A DNA stretch of 64,000 nucleotides from assembly GCA_041694815.1 (NCBI GenBank), contig JBGFSC010000010.1:1-64000 (forward strand), read 5' to 3'. The translations under genes were made by a program, and so were the position numbers. Positions 12,654 to 21,645 of the stretch are shown here, piece by piece (the first letter of the stretch is position 1; each line of letters begins with the position of its first letter). The notes under the pieces are model-generated. The model ran no database searches and was not told the origin of the DNA. It worked only from the letters and a program-made list of their open reading frames with translations. Origin of the DNA: Elusimicrobiota bacterium. GTDB taxonomy: Bacteria; Elusimicrobiota; Elusimicrobia; UBA1565; JACRDR01.

Positions 12654-13520
12654 TCAACTCGAGCGCGGCAGCCTTTTCCAAAACTCTTGAAGCTCTTGGA
12701 ATGCCGTCTCGATATCGCCGGAAAGCCCGCAGTCGACCGCCAAGTCTCGATAGGGAGCTTCCCATGCGCGAGGCGGCGGTTCCAGCGTTGCCGGGAGCGG
12801 ATGCGTCTTCCGGCACGCGAATACGGCCTCAAGCGCGATATGCACCCGTTGATGATCGCACTTATCCGAACGCAACAGCAGAACCATGTCCACTAGATCC
12901 CGGACTTGTGAATTGGGGCTCATCCGCGGTAGGGTGTAGGCGTGAAACTTCTCCGCGAGATGCTGCTCAGCCGAGAGAGTGGGAAATCGACCAGGCTGAA
13001 TTCCGGCAAAAGCTAGCCAGTCCCGGCCTTCGGTTATCATAAGAGGTTCGAGCACCAGACCGCCCAGGGCCGCGTCAAGGTGAAAGCGAATGAAGTTCCG
13101 GCCGGCCATCTCGGCTGCGACCGGGTAACGAGCGCCGCCATAGGGTGCCGCATCCAGGCTCCTCGTTTGGCGGCCAATGGCAAAGACGAAAAAATCTCCA
13201 AGATCGCGATCCGCCGCGTCCTGTAGTGCGTTGCGAACGCGATCTGCTTCACCCGTTACACCTCGCGGCGTGCCTTTCAGAGCCAGATCGATGTCCTGGG
13301 TTGCGCGTGCCTCCTTGATTCTGAGTTCCATTGCATAACCGCCCTTGAGTACCCAGGGAGCGGCGGGATCGGCGAACAGGCGCGCCAGCAAGCTGTCAAA
13401 CGCCACTTGGCGGCGCAGACGTTGGATGTCGAGAGTATCCCGCTCGGCGAGTCGATTAAGGCGATCTTCCAATGCGCGGCGAAAAGCCCTGGCCGTCGCA
13501 TACTTCCGCGGTTGCGTCAT
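12654..13520 (-). CDS. AbiEii/AbiGii family nucleotidyltransferase toxin
   Basis: WVLKGG, ATQDID, AEKFHA, RDLVD motifs; ATGA-coupled to the antitoxin gene. Confidence 0.9.
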   Translation of the reverse strand: MTQPRKYATARAFRRALEDRLNRLAERDTLDIQRLRRQVAFDSLLARLFADPAAPWVLKGGYAMELRIKEARATQDIDLALKGTPRGVTGEADRVRNALQDAADRDLGDFFVFAIGRQTRSLDAAPYGGARYPVAAEMAGRNFIRFHLDAALGGLVLEPLMITEGRDWLAFAGIQPGRFPTLSAEQHLAEKFHAYTLPRMSPNSQVRDLVDMVLLLRSDKCDHQRVHIALEAVFACRKTHPLPATLEPPPRAWEAPYRDLAVDCGLSGDIETAFQELQEFWKRLPRSS

Positions 13521-14140
13521 CGTACAGTCTCTCTGAGAAGCTTTTCCAGCGCTTCTCGGACAGAAGGCGGCAGATGCGTTGCCTGCCGAACAACGGAGAG
13601 TCGGACCAGCCCACGATCCTGGGCCTCTCGGGCTGCTTGGCGGAGTATATCCGGAGAGACCCTGCCCTCTTCCACCAGATCAGCCAGAGTCCTCAGCGGC
13701 CGCGTCACCTGATAACCATGGCGAAGTTCTATGTCTTCCTCGTTAAGCGTTCTCCGATGAAGAACCAGCCCCTTGGGGATAGGAACCATTCGCCGGAACC
13801 CGGCAGGTACCGTCATGTGCAGCTTCGCCGGGTTAGCATCGGAGAGTTCATAGAGGGCTAGAGCGGTCTCGTGCGAAAAAGTGCCGGTGGCTGATTTCTT
13901 TCGGCCCTGCGACCAGAGAGACCACTTAATAAGATCCGGGCGATCCGCCGGTGGAAAGCGCGCCAGGCGGTAGATAGCCCGCCGCTCCTTTATCCAATTG
14001 CCCACCCGAACATGATAGGGATGATTTCGCGGGTCAAAACCCGCCTCGACGGCCTGTTTGGCCGTGAAATAACCTTGCTGCCCCTCGGCGACGGTGTAGA
14101 GGCGCTCAAAGGCTTGATGATACGGAGTTCTTTTGGCCAT
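13517..14140 (-). CDS. AbiEi family type IV TA antitoxin
   Basis: QQGYFTAKQA, RAIYRL, FSHETAL, VTRPLRTLADL. Confidence 0.9.
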   Translation of the reverse strand: MAKRTPYHQAFERLYTVAEGQQGYFTAKQAVEAGFDPRNHPYHVRVGNWIKERRAIYRLARFPPADRPDLIKWSLWSQGRKKSATGTFSHETALALYELSDANPAKLHMTVPAGFRRMVPIPKGLVLHRRTLNEEDIELRHGYQVTRPLRTLADLVEEGRVSPDILRQAAREAQDRGLVRLSVVRQATHLPPSVREALEKLLRETVR

Positions 14141-14195
14141 ACATAATACTCATACTTTATACGAGTATTATGTAGCGCCGTGGGGTAAAAGTCAA
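14140..14195 (-). promoter_or_regulatory. abiE sigma70 promoter with overlapping inverted-repeat operator
   Basis: TTGACT(14195-14190)-17 bp-CATAAT(14172-14167); perfect 12-bp inverted repeat TACATAATACTC (14140-14151) / GAGTATTATGTA (14163-14174). Confidence 0.8.
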
Positions 14196-14222
14196 GGGCA
14201 TTCAACCGCGGGCTCGGCAAAA

Positions 14223-14231
14223 TGTTATACT
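14223..14231 (+). promoter_or_regulatory. Extended -10 promoter for the downstream LPS genes
   Basis: TGTTATACT (TGn-TATACT). Confidence 0.55.
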
Positions 14232-14251
14232 GTGTATGCATTCTAATACGC

Positions 14252-14285
14252 GCGCGGGCGCCCTCGCGGGCGTCCGCGCTTTTTT
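14252..14285 (+). terminator. Intrinsic terminator-like hairpin in the leader of the heptosyltransferase gene
   Basis: GCGCGGGCGCCC-TCGC-GGGCGTCCGCGC (12-bp stem, one G-U) followed by TTTTTT. Confidence 0.7.
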
Positions 14286-14292
14286 GCCATCC

Positions 14293-15792
14293 ATGCTCGC
14301 GAATATCCTGGTCATCCGCCTATCGTCTCTGGGAGATATCGTCCTCACCGCCCCGGTCTACCGGGCCTTGAAGAGGCATTGGCCCGATTGCCGGATCACG
14401 GTGCTGGTCAAGCCGCAATACGCCGCCCTACTCGAGGGGCATCCCTGCGTCGACCGGGTCATGCCCTTCCGCGGCCTGTTAGACGCCATCGGCAAAATCC
14501 GAAGCGAACGATTCACCCATCTGCTGGATCTGCACGCCAACCTGCGCTCAAGCATCATCCGCTGGTTGGGCGGGGCGGGCCGGACCTCAACATACCGGAA
14601 GGCCGCCTTGGCGCGCCGGCTTTTCGTGGCCCTGGGCTGGAGAAGCCCCGCCCTGGCCAAGCACACCCTCGAGCGCTATCTCGACGGCCTCGCCGCCTGG
14701 GGGGTCCGCCCGCAAGAGGGCGCCCTGGAGCTGGGCGACAGCCGCGCCGCCCCGCTGGCCGCCTCCGCTGGTGCTCGGGTCGTCGTGCTCCAGACCGCGT
14801 TCCTCGGGGACGCGGCCCTGACGGTCCCGCTGCTCGACGCCCTAAGGACCGCCTTCCCGGCGGGTCGATTGACGCTGGTCACCAGGCCCGAGTCGGGAGC
14901 GGTGTTCCGGGGCCATGCCGACGAGATCTGGACCGACGATAAGCGCGGGGGAGCCCTGGGACTCTGGCGCCTTTCGAGGCGACTGGCGGCGGGACACTTC
15001 GACCTGGCCGTCGTTCCCCACCGCTCGCTGCGCTCGGCGCTAGCCGTATGGCTCGCGGGCATTCCCGAACGCATCGGGTTCTCGGCGAGCGCCGGTTGGA
15101 TGTTTTTTACGCGGACGCTGCCGTTTAGCTGGGGCATGCACGATCTCGAGCGCAACCTGAGCCTGCTCATCCCGCTGCTACCCGCCCTGCGCCTACCCGA
15201 GAATGTTTCGGTCTATCTCAAGCCGCGCGAGGACGCGGCCGCATCGAAGGTCGGCGAACGGCTCTCCGCCGAAGGGGTATCCGCAAGCGACCTGCTCGTC
15301 GGCGTTCATCCGGGCTCCGTATGGGCCACCAAGCGCTGGCCGCTGGAGCGCTACGCAGAGCTCACCCGCCGGCTCTCGCGGGAGCTCGGCGCGCGCGTGC
15401 TGCTAGTCGGCTCGGGCGGCGACCAGAAACTGACCGCCGAGTTGGCCGAACGCTCCCAGGTCCCCGCGATCGATTGGGCGGGCAAAACCAGCCTCGAGGA
15501 GCTTATCGAGCTCATGGGCCGGCTGCGCCTGTTTATCACCAACGACTCCGGCCCGATGCACATCGCCACCGCGCGCGGCGTGCCGACCCTCGGGATCTTT
15601 GGACCCACGACGCGCGAACTCGGTTTTTTCCCCTATGGTCCCGGCCACCGGGTCCTGGAGGCCGACCTGGCCTGCCGCCCGTGCGGACTCCACGGCACCG
15701 CCCGCTGCCCGCACGGGCATTTCCTGTGCATGCGATTGATCTCGGTGCGGGAAGTATTCGAGACAGCCAAGCAGATGCTGAGCGCGGCATGA
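14293..15792 (+). CDS. GT9 LPS heptosyltransferase (WaaF-like) with an extra N-terminal GT9 half-domain
   Basis: ILVIRLSSLGDIV at the N-terminus, a second LQTAFLGD motif internally, then HPGSVWATKRW, NDSGPMH, CRPC. Alternative ATG at 14236. Confidence 0.88.
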   Translation: MLANILVIRLSSLGDIVLTAPVYRALKRHWPDCRITVLVKPQYAALLEGHPCVDRVMPFRGLLDAIGKIRSERFTHLLDLHANLRSSIIRWLGGAGRTSTYRKAALARRLFVALGWRSPALAKHTLERYLDGLAAWGVRPQEGALELGDSRAAPLAASAGARVVVLQTAFLGDAALTVPLLDALRTAFPAGRLTLVTRPESGAVFRGHADEIWTDDKRGGALGLWRLSRRLAAGHFDLAVVPHRSLRSALAVWLAGIPERIGFSASAGWMFFTRTLPFSWGMHDLERNLSLLIPLLPALRLPENVSVYLKPREDAAASKVGERLSAEGVSASDLLVGVHPGSVWATKRWPLERYAELTRRLSRELGARVLLVGSGGDQKLTAELAERSQVPAIDWAGKTSLEELIELMGRLRLFITNDSGPMHIATARGVPTLGIFGPTTRELGFFPYGPGHRVLEADLACRPCGLHGTARCPHGHFLCMRLISVREVFETAKQMLSAA

Positions 15793-16856
15793 GGATACTG
15801 CATCTAAACGACGAGCCGTATGACAGCGGCATCGTGCATTACGCCCTGACGGTCGCCGCCGCGCTGCGCCGGCAAGGCCATGACGTGCATTTCGGCGGGC
15901 TGCCCGGGAAGTTTCCTCTCGAACAGGCGGGGCTATTGGGGCTCAAGATCCTGCCCCTGCCGGGTTGGTCGGGGCTTTTATCGCTGCGCCGCTACCTTCT
16001 GGAACATTCCGTCGAGTTGGTCAACTCGCATACGGGCAGCTCGCACAGCTTGGCCGCCGCCGCCGCCCAAACCCTGCCTCGTCCGGTCGGCGTCGTGCGC
16101 ACGCGCGCCGATTCCCGTCCGCTGAGGCGGCGCATGGGCAGCGGGGTCCTCTGGAACCGGACGGACGGTTTCATCGCGGCCACCAAGACCATCCTGCAGC
16201 AGTTCCGACAGGCCTTCGCGGACTCGAACTTCCCCAGCCGAGCCGTCTACCCGGGCTTTGACGGCGGGCCGCCGGCCGCGTGGCCCGCCCAGGAGCGGCC
16301 CATAGGGATCGGCATCGTCGGCCGGCTCGATCCGGTCAAGGGGCATGCCGACTTTCTGCGCGCGGCGGCCCTGGCGGCCGAGAAGAATCCGGGGCTGCGC
16401 TTTCGCGTCGCGGGCCGCGAGGAGCACGTGCGCCTCGAGCAACTTAAGGCCTTGCTCGCGCCCGGGCTCCGGGACAGGGTCGAATTCCTCGGCCATGTGC
16501 CGGATGCCTCGGCGCTCATGCGCGACTGCCATGTCGGGGTCGTGGCCTCCATCGGCTCGGAGGGCGTCAGCCGCGCGGCGGTGGAATGGATGGCTGCGGG
16601 GCGTCCCGTGGTGGCGACGGCGGTCGGCTGCCTTCCGGAATTCGTGGCGCACGGGGAGACCGGCCTGGTCGTGCCGCCCCGCGACCCAGCGGCCATGAGC
16701 TCGGCCCTGCTCGCGCTGGCCTCGGACCGCCGCCTGCGCGAAACGATGGGCCGGCGCGCCCGCGAGCGCTTCGAAAGACTGTTCACCTTGCCCCGCTTCG
16801 CGCGGGAAACGGAGGGATTCTACGAAGAGACGCTACGCCATCTTCCATCTCGATAG
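15789..16856 (+). CDS. GT4 glycosyltransferase
   Basis: ATG at 15789 overlapping the previous stop; VGRLDPVKGH, SEGVSRAAVEWMAAG. Confidence 0.9.
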   Translation: MRILHLNDEPYDSGIVHYALTVAAALRRQGHDVHFGGLPGKFPLEQAGLLGLKILPLPGWSGLLSLRRYLLEHSVELVNSHTGSSHSLAAAAAQTLPRPVGVVRTRADSRPLRRRMGSGVLWNRTDGFIAATKTILQQFRQAFADSNFPSRAVYPGFDGGPPAAWPAQERPIGIGIVGRLDPVKGHADFLRAAALAAEKNPGLRFRVAGREEHVRLEQLKALLAPGLRDRVEFLGHVPDASALMRDCHVGVVASIGSEGVSRAAVEWMAAGRPVVATAVGCLPEFVAHGETGLVVPPRDPAAMSSALLALASDRRLRETMGRRARERFERLFTLPRFARETEGFYEETLRHLPSR

Positions 16857-18000
16857 CGAGCGGGGCTTGCGCGGCGGGGAGCGCCAGCTGCTGTACCTGG
16901 CCTGCTACCTGCGCTCCCAGGGGCATGACAACACCGTCGTCTGCCGCCGCGGCAGCGCGCTGGAGCGCGAATCGCGCCGGCTGCGACTGGAGCTGCTGCG
17001 CCTTCCCTTCCTGGGGGAATGGGACCCCATCTCCGCGGCGCTGCTGCGTCAGGCCGCCGAATTGAGCCGGCTGCCGCCGCTCTTGCACGCGCACACCGGG
17101 CACACCGCGGCCCTGGCCTATCTCGCCTCCCGCGTGGGCGGGCCCCCGTGGGTGGTTCACCGGCGTGTGGATTTCCATCTGGGCGGGAAATTGAGCCGGC
17201 GATTAAAATACGAGCCGGCCGGCAAGGTGATCGCCGTCTCCGACGCCATACGCCGCCTGCTCGCCGAGGACGGACTCCCGGAGGAGAAGGTCGTGACCGT
17301 GCGCGACTGCCTTCCCCAGGGCGCTTTAGAGAACGCGGTCGCCGGCGTCGAGGACCCCCCCTGCGTGCCCACCCGCGAGAAGCGACGAGAGATCCGCCTT
17401 CGCCTGGGCCGGCTCTGGAAGGCACCCCTGGAGGCCCCGTGGATCGGCAACGTGGCGGCCTTGGTGCCGCACAAGGACCAGGCGAACTTTCTCAAGGCCG
17501 CCGCCCTCCTGCGCGAGAAGATCCACGACGCCCATTTTTGGCTCGTTGGAGACGGCCCCTTGCGCCCGGAGCTCGAGGCCCTCGCCCGGAGCCTTAAGAT
17601 CGAGGACGCCGCCCATTTCGTAGGGCACCAACGCTCCGCCGTGCCTTGGCTGCAGGCGCTCGACCTCTTCGTGCTTTCATCGTGGGGAGAGGGGATGGGC
17701 AGCGTGCTGCTCGAGGCCATGGCCTGCCGCCTTCCCATTGTCGCCACGACGGCGGGCGGCAGCCCCGAGGTGATCGAGGACGGCTACAACGGGCTCCTGG
17801 CCCCTCCCCGCGATCCTGAAGCCCTGGCCCGGGCGGCCTTGCGCATACTCGAAAGCGGCGAGCTCGGCGAACGCCTGGCGGATCACGGCACCCTGCGCCT
17901 CTCGGATCATACTCTCGACAACTACGGCCTGAAGATGGAGCGGATCTACGACGCGGTTTACCAACAGAGGGACTTCCACCGGCATGAACGCGCCCCCTAG
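16822..18000 (+). CDS. GT4 glycosyltransferase (probable non-canonical ACG start)
   Basis: The frame extends upstream of TTG 16867 as KRRYAIFHLDSERGLRGGERQ; GGAGG at 16811-16815; EGMGSVLLEAMA. Confidence 0.85.
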   Translation, partial: TKRRYAIFHLDSERGLRGGERQLLYLACYLRSQGHDNTVVCRRGSALERESRRLRLELLRLPFLGEWDPISAALLRQAAELSRLPPLLHAHTGHTAALAYLASRVGGPPWVVHRRVDFHLGGKLSRRLKYEPAGKVIAVSDAIRRLLAEDGLPEEKVVTVRDCLPQGALENAVAGVEDPPCVPTREKRREIRLRLGRLWKAPLEAPWIGNVAALVPHKDQANFLKAAALLREKIHDAHFWLVGDGPLRPELEALARSLKIEDAAHFVGHQRSAVPWLQALDLFVLSSWGEGMGSVLLEAMACRLPIVATTAGGSPEVIEDGYNGLLAPPRDPEALARAALRILESGELGERLADHGTLRLSDHTLDNYGLKMERIYDAVYQQRDFHRHERAP

Positions 18001-18742
18001 CTTAAGCGTTGTCATCATCACCAAGGACGAGGAGCGCGATCTGCCCGGCTGCCTGGAGAGCCTCCGCGGGCTCGGCGCCGAGATCGTAATCGTCGACAAC
18101 CATTCCTCCGACCGGACGCTCGAGATCGCGCGGCTCCATACGCCCCACGTCCATACCAAGACCTTCGTCGATTTCGCCTCGCAGAAGCAGCACGCGGTGT
18201 CGCTGGCGAGCGGGCGCTGGGTCCTCTCGCTTGACGCCGACGAGCGCGTGAGCCCCGCCCTCGCCGAGGAGATCGCCCGAACGCTGCAGTCCCCCAACTG
18301 CGACGGCTACGAGATCCCCTTCGAGGTGCATTTCCTCTCGCGCAGGCTGCGCTTCGGCGGATTGGGCGGCGAGTCGCACTTAAGGCTCTTTAAACGCGAT
18401 TCGGGGCATTTCGTGGGAGGCGAGCTCCACGAGGGGGTCCAGCTGCGCGGGACCGCGGGCCGCCTGCGCTCGCCGATCATACACATCCCGTACCGCGACA
18501 TCGACGAGTACCTCGAGAAGCTGCTGCGCTATACGACGCTGGCGGCGCGCAAGCGCTTCGAGCGCGGCCAGCGCGCCAATCCCCTGCACCACCTGCTGCC
18601 GGTCTGGGAGTTCTTCGTGCGCAGCATTCTCCGACTCGGGATACTCGACGGCGGCCCGGGCCTGGCCTACGCCGCCCTCTCGTCTTTCCATACGTGGATC
18701 AAATACGTAAAATTAGGCGAGATGCAGAAAGGAAAACGCTGA
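17984..18742 (+). CDS. GT2 glycosyltransferase (KdtX/WaaE-like)
   Basis: LSVVIITKDEE, SSDRT, LSLDADE, LHE, LDG.PG. Confidence 0.9.
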   Translation: MNAPPSLSVVIITKDEERDLPGCLESLRGLGAEIVIVDNHSSDRTLEIARLHTPHVHTKTFVDFASQKQHAVSLASGRWVLSLDADERVSPALAEEIARTLQSPNCDGYEIPFEVHFLSRRLRFGGLGGESHLRLFKRDSGHFVGGELHEGVQLRGTAGRLRSPIIHIPYRDIDEYLEKLLRYTTLAARKRFERGQRANPLHHLLPVWEFFVRSILRLGILDGGPGLAYAALSSFHTWIKYVKLGEMQKGKR

Positions 18743-19551
18743 TGGACTGGCCTCTGGCCGTCGGAGCCGTCGGCCTGCTCGGCGCGAGCGCACGCTGGAA
18801 CTGGTGGAGGCCGCTGGTCTCGGGCCTGCCGACGCTCATGTACCATAAGATCGGCGAGCCCCCCCGCGGCTCGAAGCTCGCCAAGCTCTGGGTGAGCGCC
18901 GAGGATTTCCGCTGGCAGATGGAGTACCTGCTCCGCCACTCCTTCACCCCCATGCTCTTCTCCGAACTGCGCGACGCCGAGGAAAGACGGCGCGCGATGC
19001 CCGCCAAACCCGCGCTGGTTACCTTTGACGACGGCTACGCGAACAATTACGAGCTGGCCTTTCCTATCCTGCGTGAACTTGGCGTCAAGGCGAACATCTT
19101 CCTCGTCTACGACACCTTAGACCGCCACAACCAGTGGCACGATCCCTCCACCGAGCCCTGGCTTCCCATGCTGCGCTTAGAGCAGGCGCTCGAGATGCAG
19201 GCCAGCGGCTTGGTCGAAATGGGCTCGCATACGATGCGCCACCGCCCCCTCCCCTCCCTCGCGATCGAGGAAGTCCGTTGGGAACTGTCCGAAAGCAAAC
19301 GCCTCCTCGAGGAAAAGCTCGGCCGGCCGATGCTCGGCTTCGCCTATCCGTACGGGGCGGGGGCCTACGTCCCGGAGATCCGCCAGGCGGCGCGCGAGGC
19401 GGGCTACCGTTACGATTTCGGTATTCACCAAGGGATCTCTCCTTGGCCGTGGGATCCCGAAAGCGGCCCGCTGCGGAGACTGCTCATCCGAGGCGACGAC
19501 AACCGCCTCGATTTCCACTTGAACCTCACGCGCGGCAAGAGCCGCTTTTGA
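18742..19551 (+). CDS. Polysaccharide deacetylase family protein
   Basis: LMYH, TFDDGY, GSHTMRH, FAYPYG; ATG overlapping the previous stop. Confidence 0.9.
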   Translation: MDWPLAVGAVGLLGASARWNWWRPLVSGLPTLMYHKIGEPPRGSKLAKLWVSAEDFRWQMEYLLRHSFTPMLFSELRDAEERRRAMPAKPALVTFDDGYANNYELAFPILRELGVKANIFLVYDTLDRHNQWHDPSTEPWLPMLRLEQALEMQASGLVEMGSHTMRHRPLPSLAIEEVRWELSESKRLLEEKLGRPMLGFAYPYGAGAYVPEIRQAAREAGYRYDFGIHQGISPWPWDPESGPLRRLLIRGDDNRLDFHLNLTRGKSRF

Positions 19552-20561
19552 TGCCACCCCGGAAAATCCTCGTCGTGATGCTGCGCCGCATCGGCGACGT
19601 GATTCTGACGCTGCCGGCGGCCAAAGCACTCAAGAAGGCCTTCCCTGGCGCGCGACTCGATTTTCTCGCTGAACCCCCATGCCAAGAACTGCTGGAAAAC
19701 AACCCCGCGCTCGACCGCGTGCTCGTCTACCGGGCCGGCTGGCTCGAGCACCCCGCGTGGCTGGCCCGCCTGCGCCACGAAGGTTACGATTGGGCCGTGG
19801 ATTTCATGGGCACTCCCCGCTCCGCCATGCTCACCTTCGCGACGGGCGCGGCGCTGCGCGCCGGTCCGGGGCATGTGTGGCACCGCTGGGCCTACACACA
19901 CAAGCTGCGCCAGTCGGAAGAGCCGCGCTACAGCGCCCTGGAAAAGATCTCTATGCTGAGGCCCTTGGGCATCGCCACGGAGGAGAGCGACTGCCTCCCC
20001 CGCTTGGATTTGCGCCCCGAGGACCGGCGCTGGGCCAGTGAGGCGCTACCGGCAACGAGTCCCTTAATCGGGCTGGCCCCCGCCTCCCGCAAGCCGACGC
20101 GGCGCTGGCCGGCCGCCTCCTATGCCGAGCTCGCGCGCCGCCTGGTCCGGGAGCAGGGAGCCCGCGTGATCGTCTTTTGGGGCCCTGGGGAGCGGCCCTT
20201 GGCCGAGGAGGTCGCCTCTGGGGCGGGAACAGGAGCCTTCGTCTCACCGGCCACGCGGACGCTGGGGCAGCTGGCGGCGCTCCTCTCGCTCTGCCGGCTG
20301 CTCGTCACCAACTGCAACGGCCCCAAGCATATCGCCGTCGCCCTCGGGGTACCGACCCTGACGGTGCACGGCTCCAGCGACCCGCGCGCTTGGAACCCCC
20401 CTGACACGCCCCGCAACCGAATTATCCGGCGCGAGGAGCTCTTTTGCATCGGCTGCCGACTCAACGCCTGCCCATACCAGCTGGAATGCCTAAACGGCCT
20501 CGGCGCCGAGCGGGTCGCGGCGATGGCCTCGGAAATGCTCGCGGAGATCGCGCATGTTTGA
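19551..20561 (+). CDS. GT9 glycosyltransferase (heptosyltransferase family)
   Basis: LRRIGDV, RRWP, NCNGPKH, CIGC; ATG at 19551. Confidence 0.88.
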   Translation: MPPRKILVVMLRRIGDVILTLPAAKALKKAFPGARLDFLAEPPCQELLENNPALDRVLVYRAGWLEHPAWLARLRHEGYDWAVDFMGTPRSAMLTFATGAALRAGPGHVWHRWAYTHKLRQSEEPRYSALEKISMLRPLGIATEESDCLPRLDLRPEDRRWASEALPATSPLIGLAPASRKPTRRWPAASYAELARRLVREQGARVIVFWGPGERPLAEEVASGAGTGAFVSPATRTLGQLAALLSLCRLLVTNCNGPKHIAVALGVPTLTVHGSSDPRAWNPPDTPRNRIIRREELFCIGCRLNACPYQLECLNGLGAERVAAMASEMLAEIAHV

Positions 20562-21645
20562 CGCCGCGCGCGCGCGCCGGCGGCTGGCCGCCTCGCGCGA
20601 GGGCCGGGCCTTGCTGCTCGTTCTCTCGTGGCTCTACGGCGGCGCGGTGATCCTGCGCCGCGCGCTCTACGCGGCGGGTCTGTTACCCTCGCGCAAGCCC
20701 CATGCCCGGACCATCTGCATCGGTAACCTCACCACCGGTGGCACGGGAAAAACCAGCGCGGTACTCCTGGCGGCCCAGACCTTCCTACGCAAGGAAAAGA
20801 GCGTGGCCATACTTACGCGGGGCTACAGGCGTCCCAAGGCTGCGGCGAAGGTGTCGGTGCTGCTCAACAGCCAGGAGAATCCCGACTGGCGCGAATACGG
20901 CGACGAGGCGTGGATGATGCACCACGCCCTGCGCGGCGCGGAGGTGCCGATCTTGGTCAGCGGCGACCGCCTGCGCGCCGCCGAGATGGCCGTAACCTAC
21001 TACAATCCACAGGTGCTGCTCCTCGACGACGGCTTCCAGCACTTCCGCCTGCGCCGCGACCTCGACGTGGTGCTCATCAACGCGCGCGACCCCTGGGGCG
21101 GGGGGCAGCTGCTGCCGCGGGGCAATCTCCGCGAGCCCCTGGGCGGACTGCGCCGCGCGGGCATGGTTCTCTTGACGCACACCGACCAGGTCCCGGCGGA
21201 ACAGCTCTCGGCGATACGCAAGCGCGTCGCCGAGCTGCATCCCAACGTCACCGTCGTCGAATCGGTGCATCGCCCCGCCTTCTTCTTCGACCTCATCGAG
21301 GAAAAACGCCTGCCCTTGACGCATTTGGAAGAGCGCCAAGTCGCGGCCTTCTGCGCGATCGGAGATCCCGATCCCTTCTTCGAGCAGCTCAAGGCCCTGG
21401 GGGCCAAGCCCACGCAGCAGTGGCGATTCCCGGACCACCACCCCTACACCCTCGAGGAACTTCGCTCCATTGACCGGCCCCGCCACGGCCTCCCCATCGT
21501 TACGACGTTCAAGGATTTCTCGCGCTTTCCCGAGGGCTGGCGGAAGGCGCTATCGGCGGAAGTCCTCGCCTTGTCGATCCGCCTGGAGATCGTCAAGGGC
21601 AAGACCGCCTGGGAGGCGGACCTCATCCGAAGCCGCTCCTCATGA
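20554..21645 (+). CDS. lpxK: Tetraacyldisaccharide 4'-kinase
   Basis: IGNLTTGGTGKT, TRGY, GDE, LDDGFQH, LPRGNLRE, FPDHH. Confidence 0.95.
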   Translation: MFDAARARRRLAASREGRALLLVLSWLYGGAVILRRALYAAGLLPSRKPHARTICIGNLTTGGTGKTSAVLLAAQTFLRKEKSVAILTRGYRRPKAAAKVSVLLNSQENPDWREYGDEAWMMHHALRGAEVPILVSGDRLRAAEMAVTYYNPQVLLLDDGFQHFRLRRDLDVVLINARDPWGGGQLLPRGNLREPLGGLRRAGMVLLTHTDQVPAEQLSAIRKRVAELHPNVTVVESVHRPAFFFDLIEEKRLPLTHLEERQVAAFCAIGDPDPFFEQLKALGAKPTQQWRFPDHHPYTLEELRSIDRPRHGLPIVTTFKDFSRFPEGWRKALSAEVLALSIRLEIVKGKTAWEADLIRSRSS

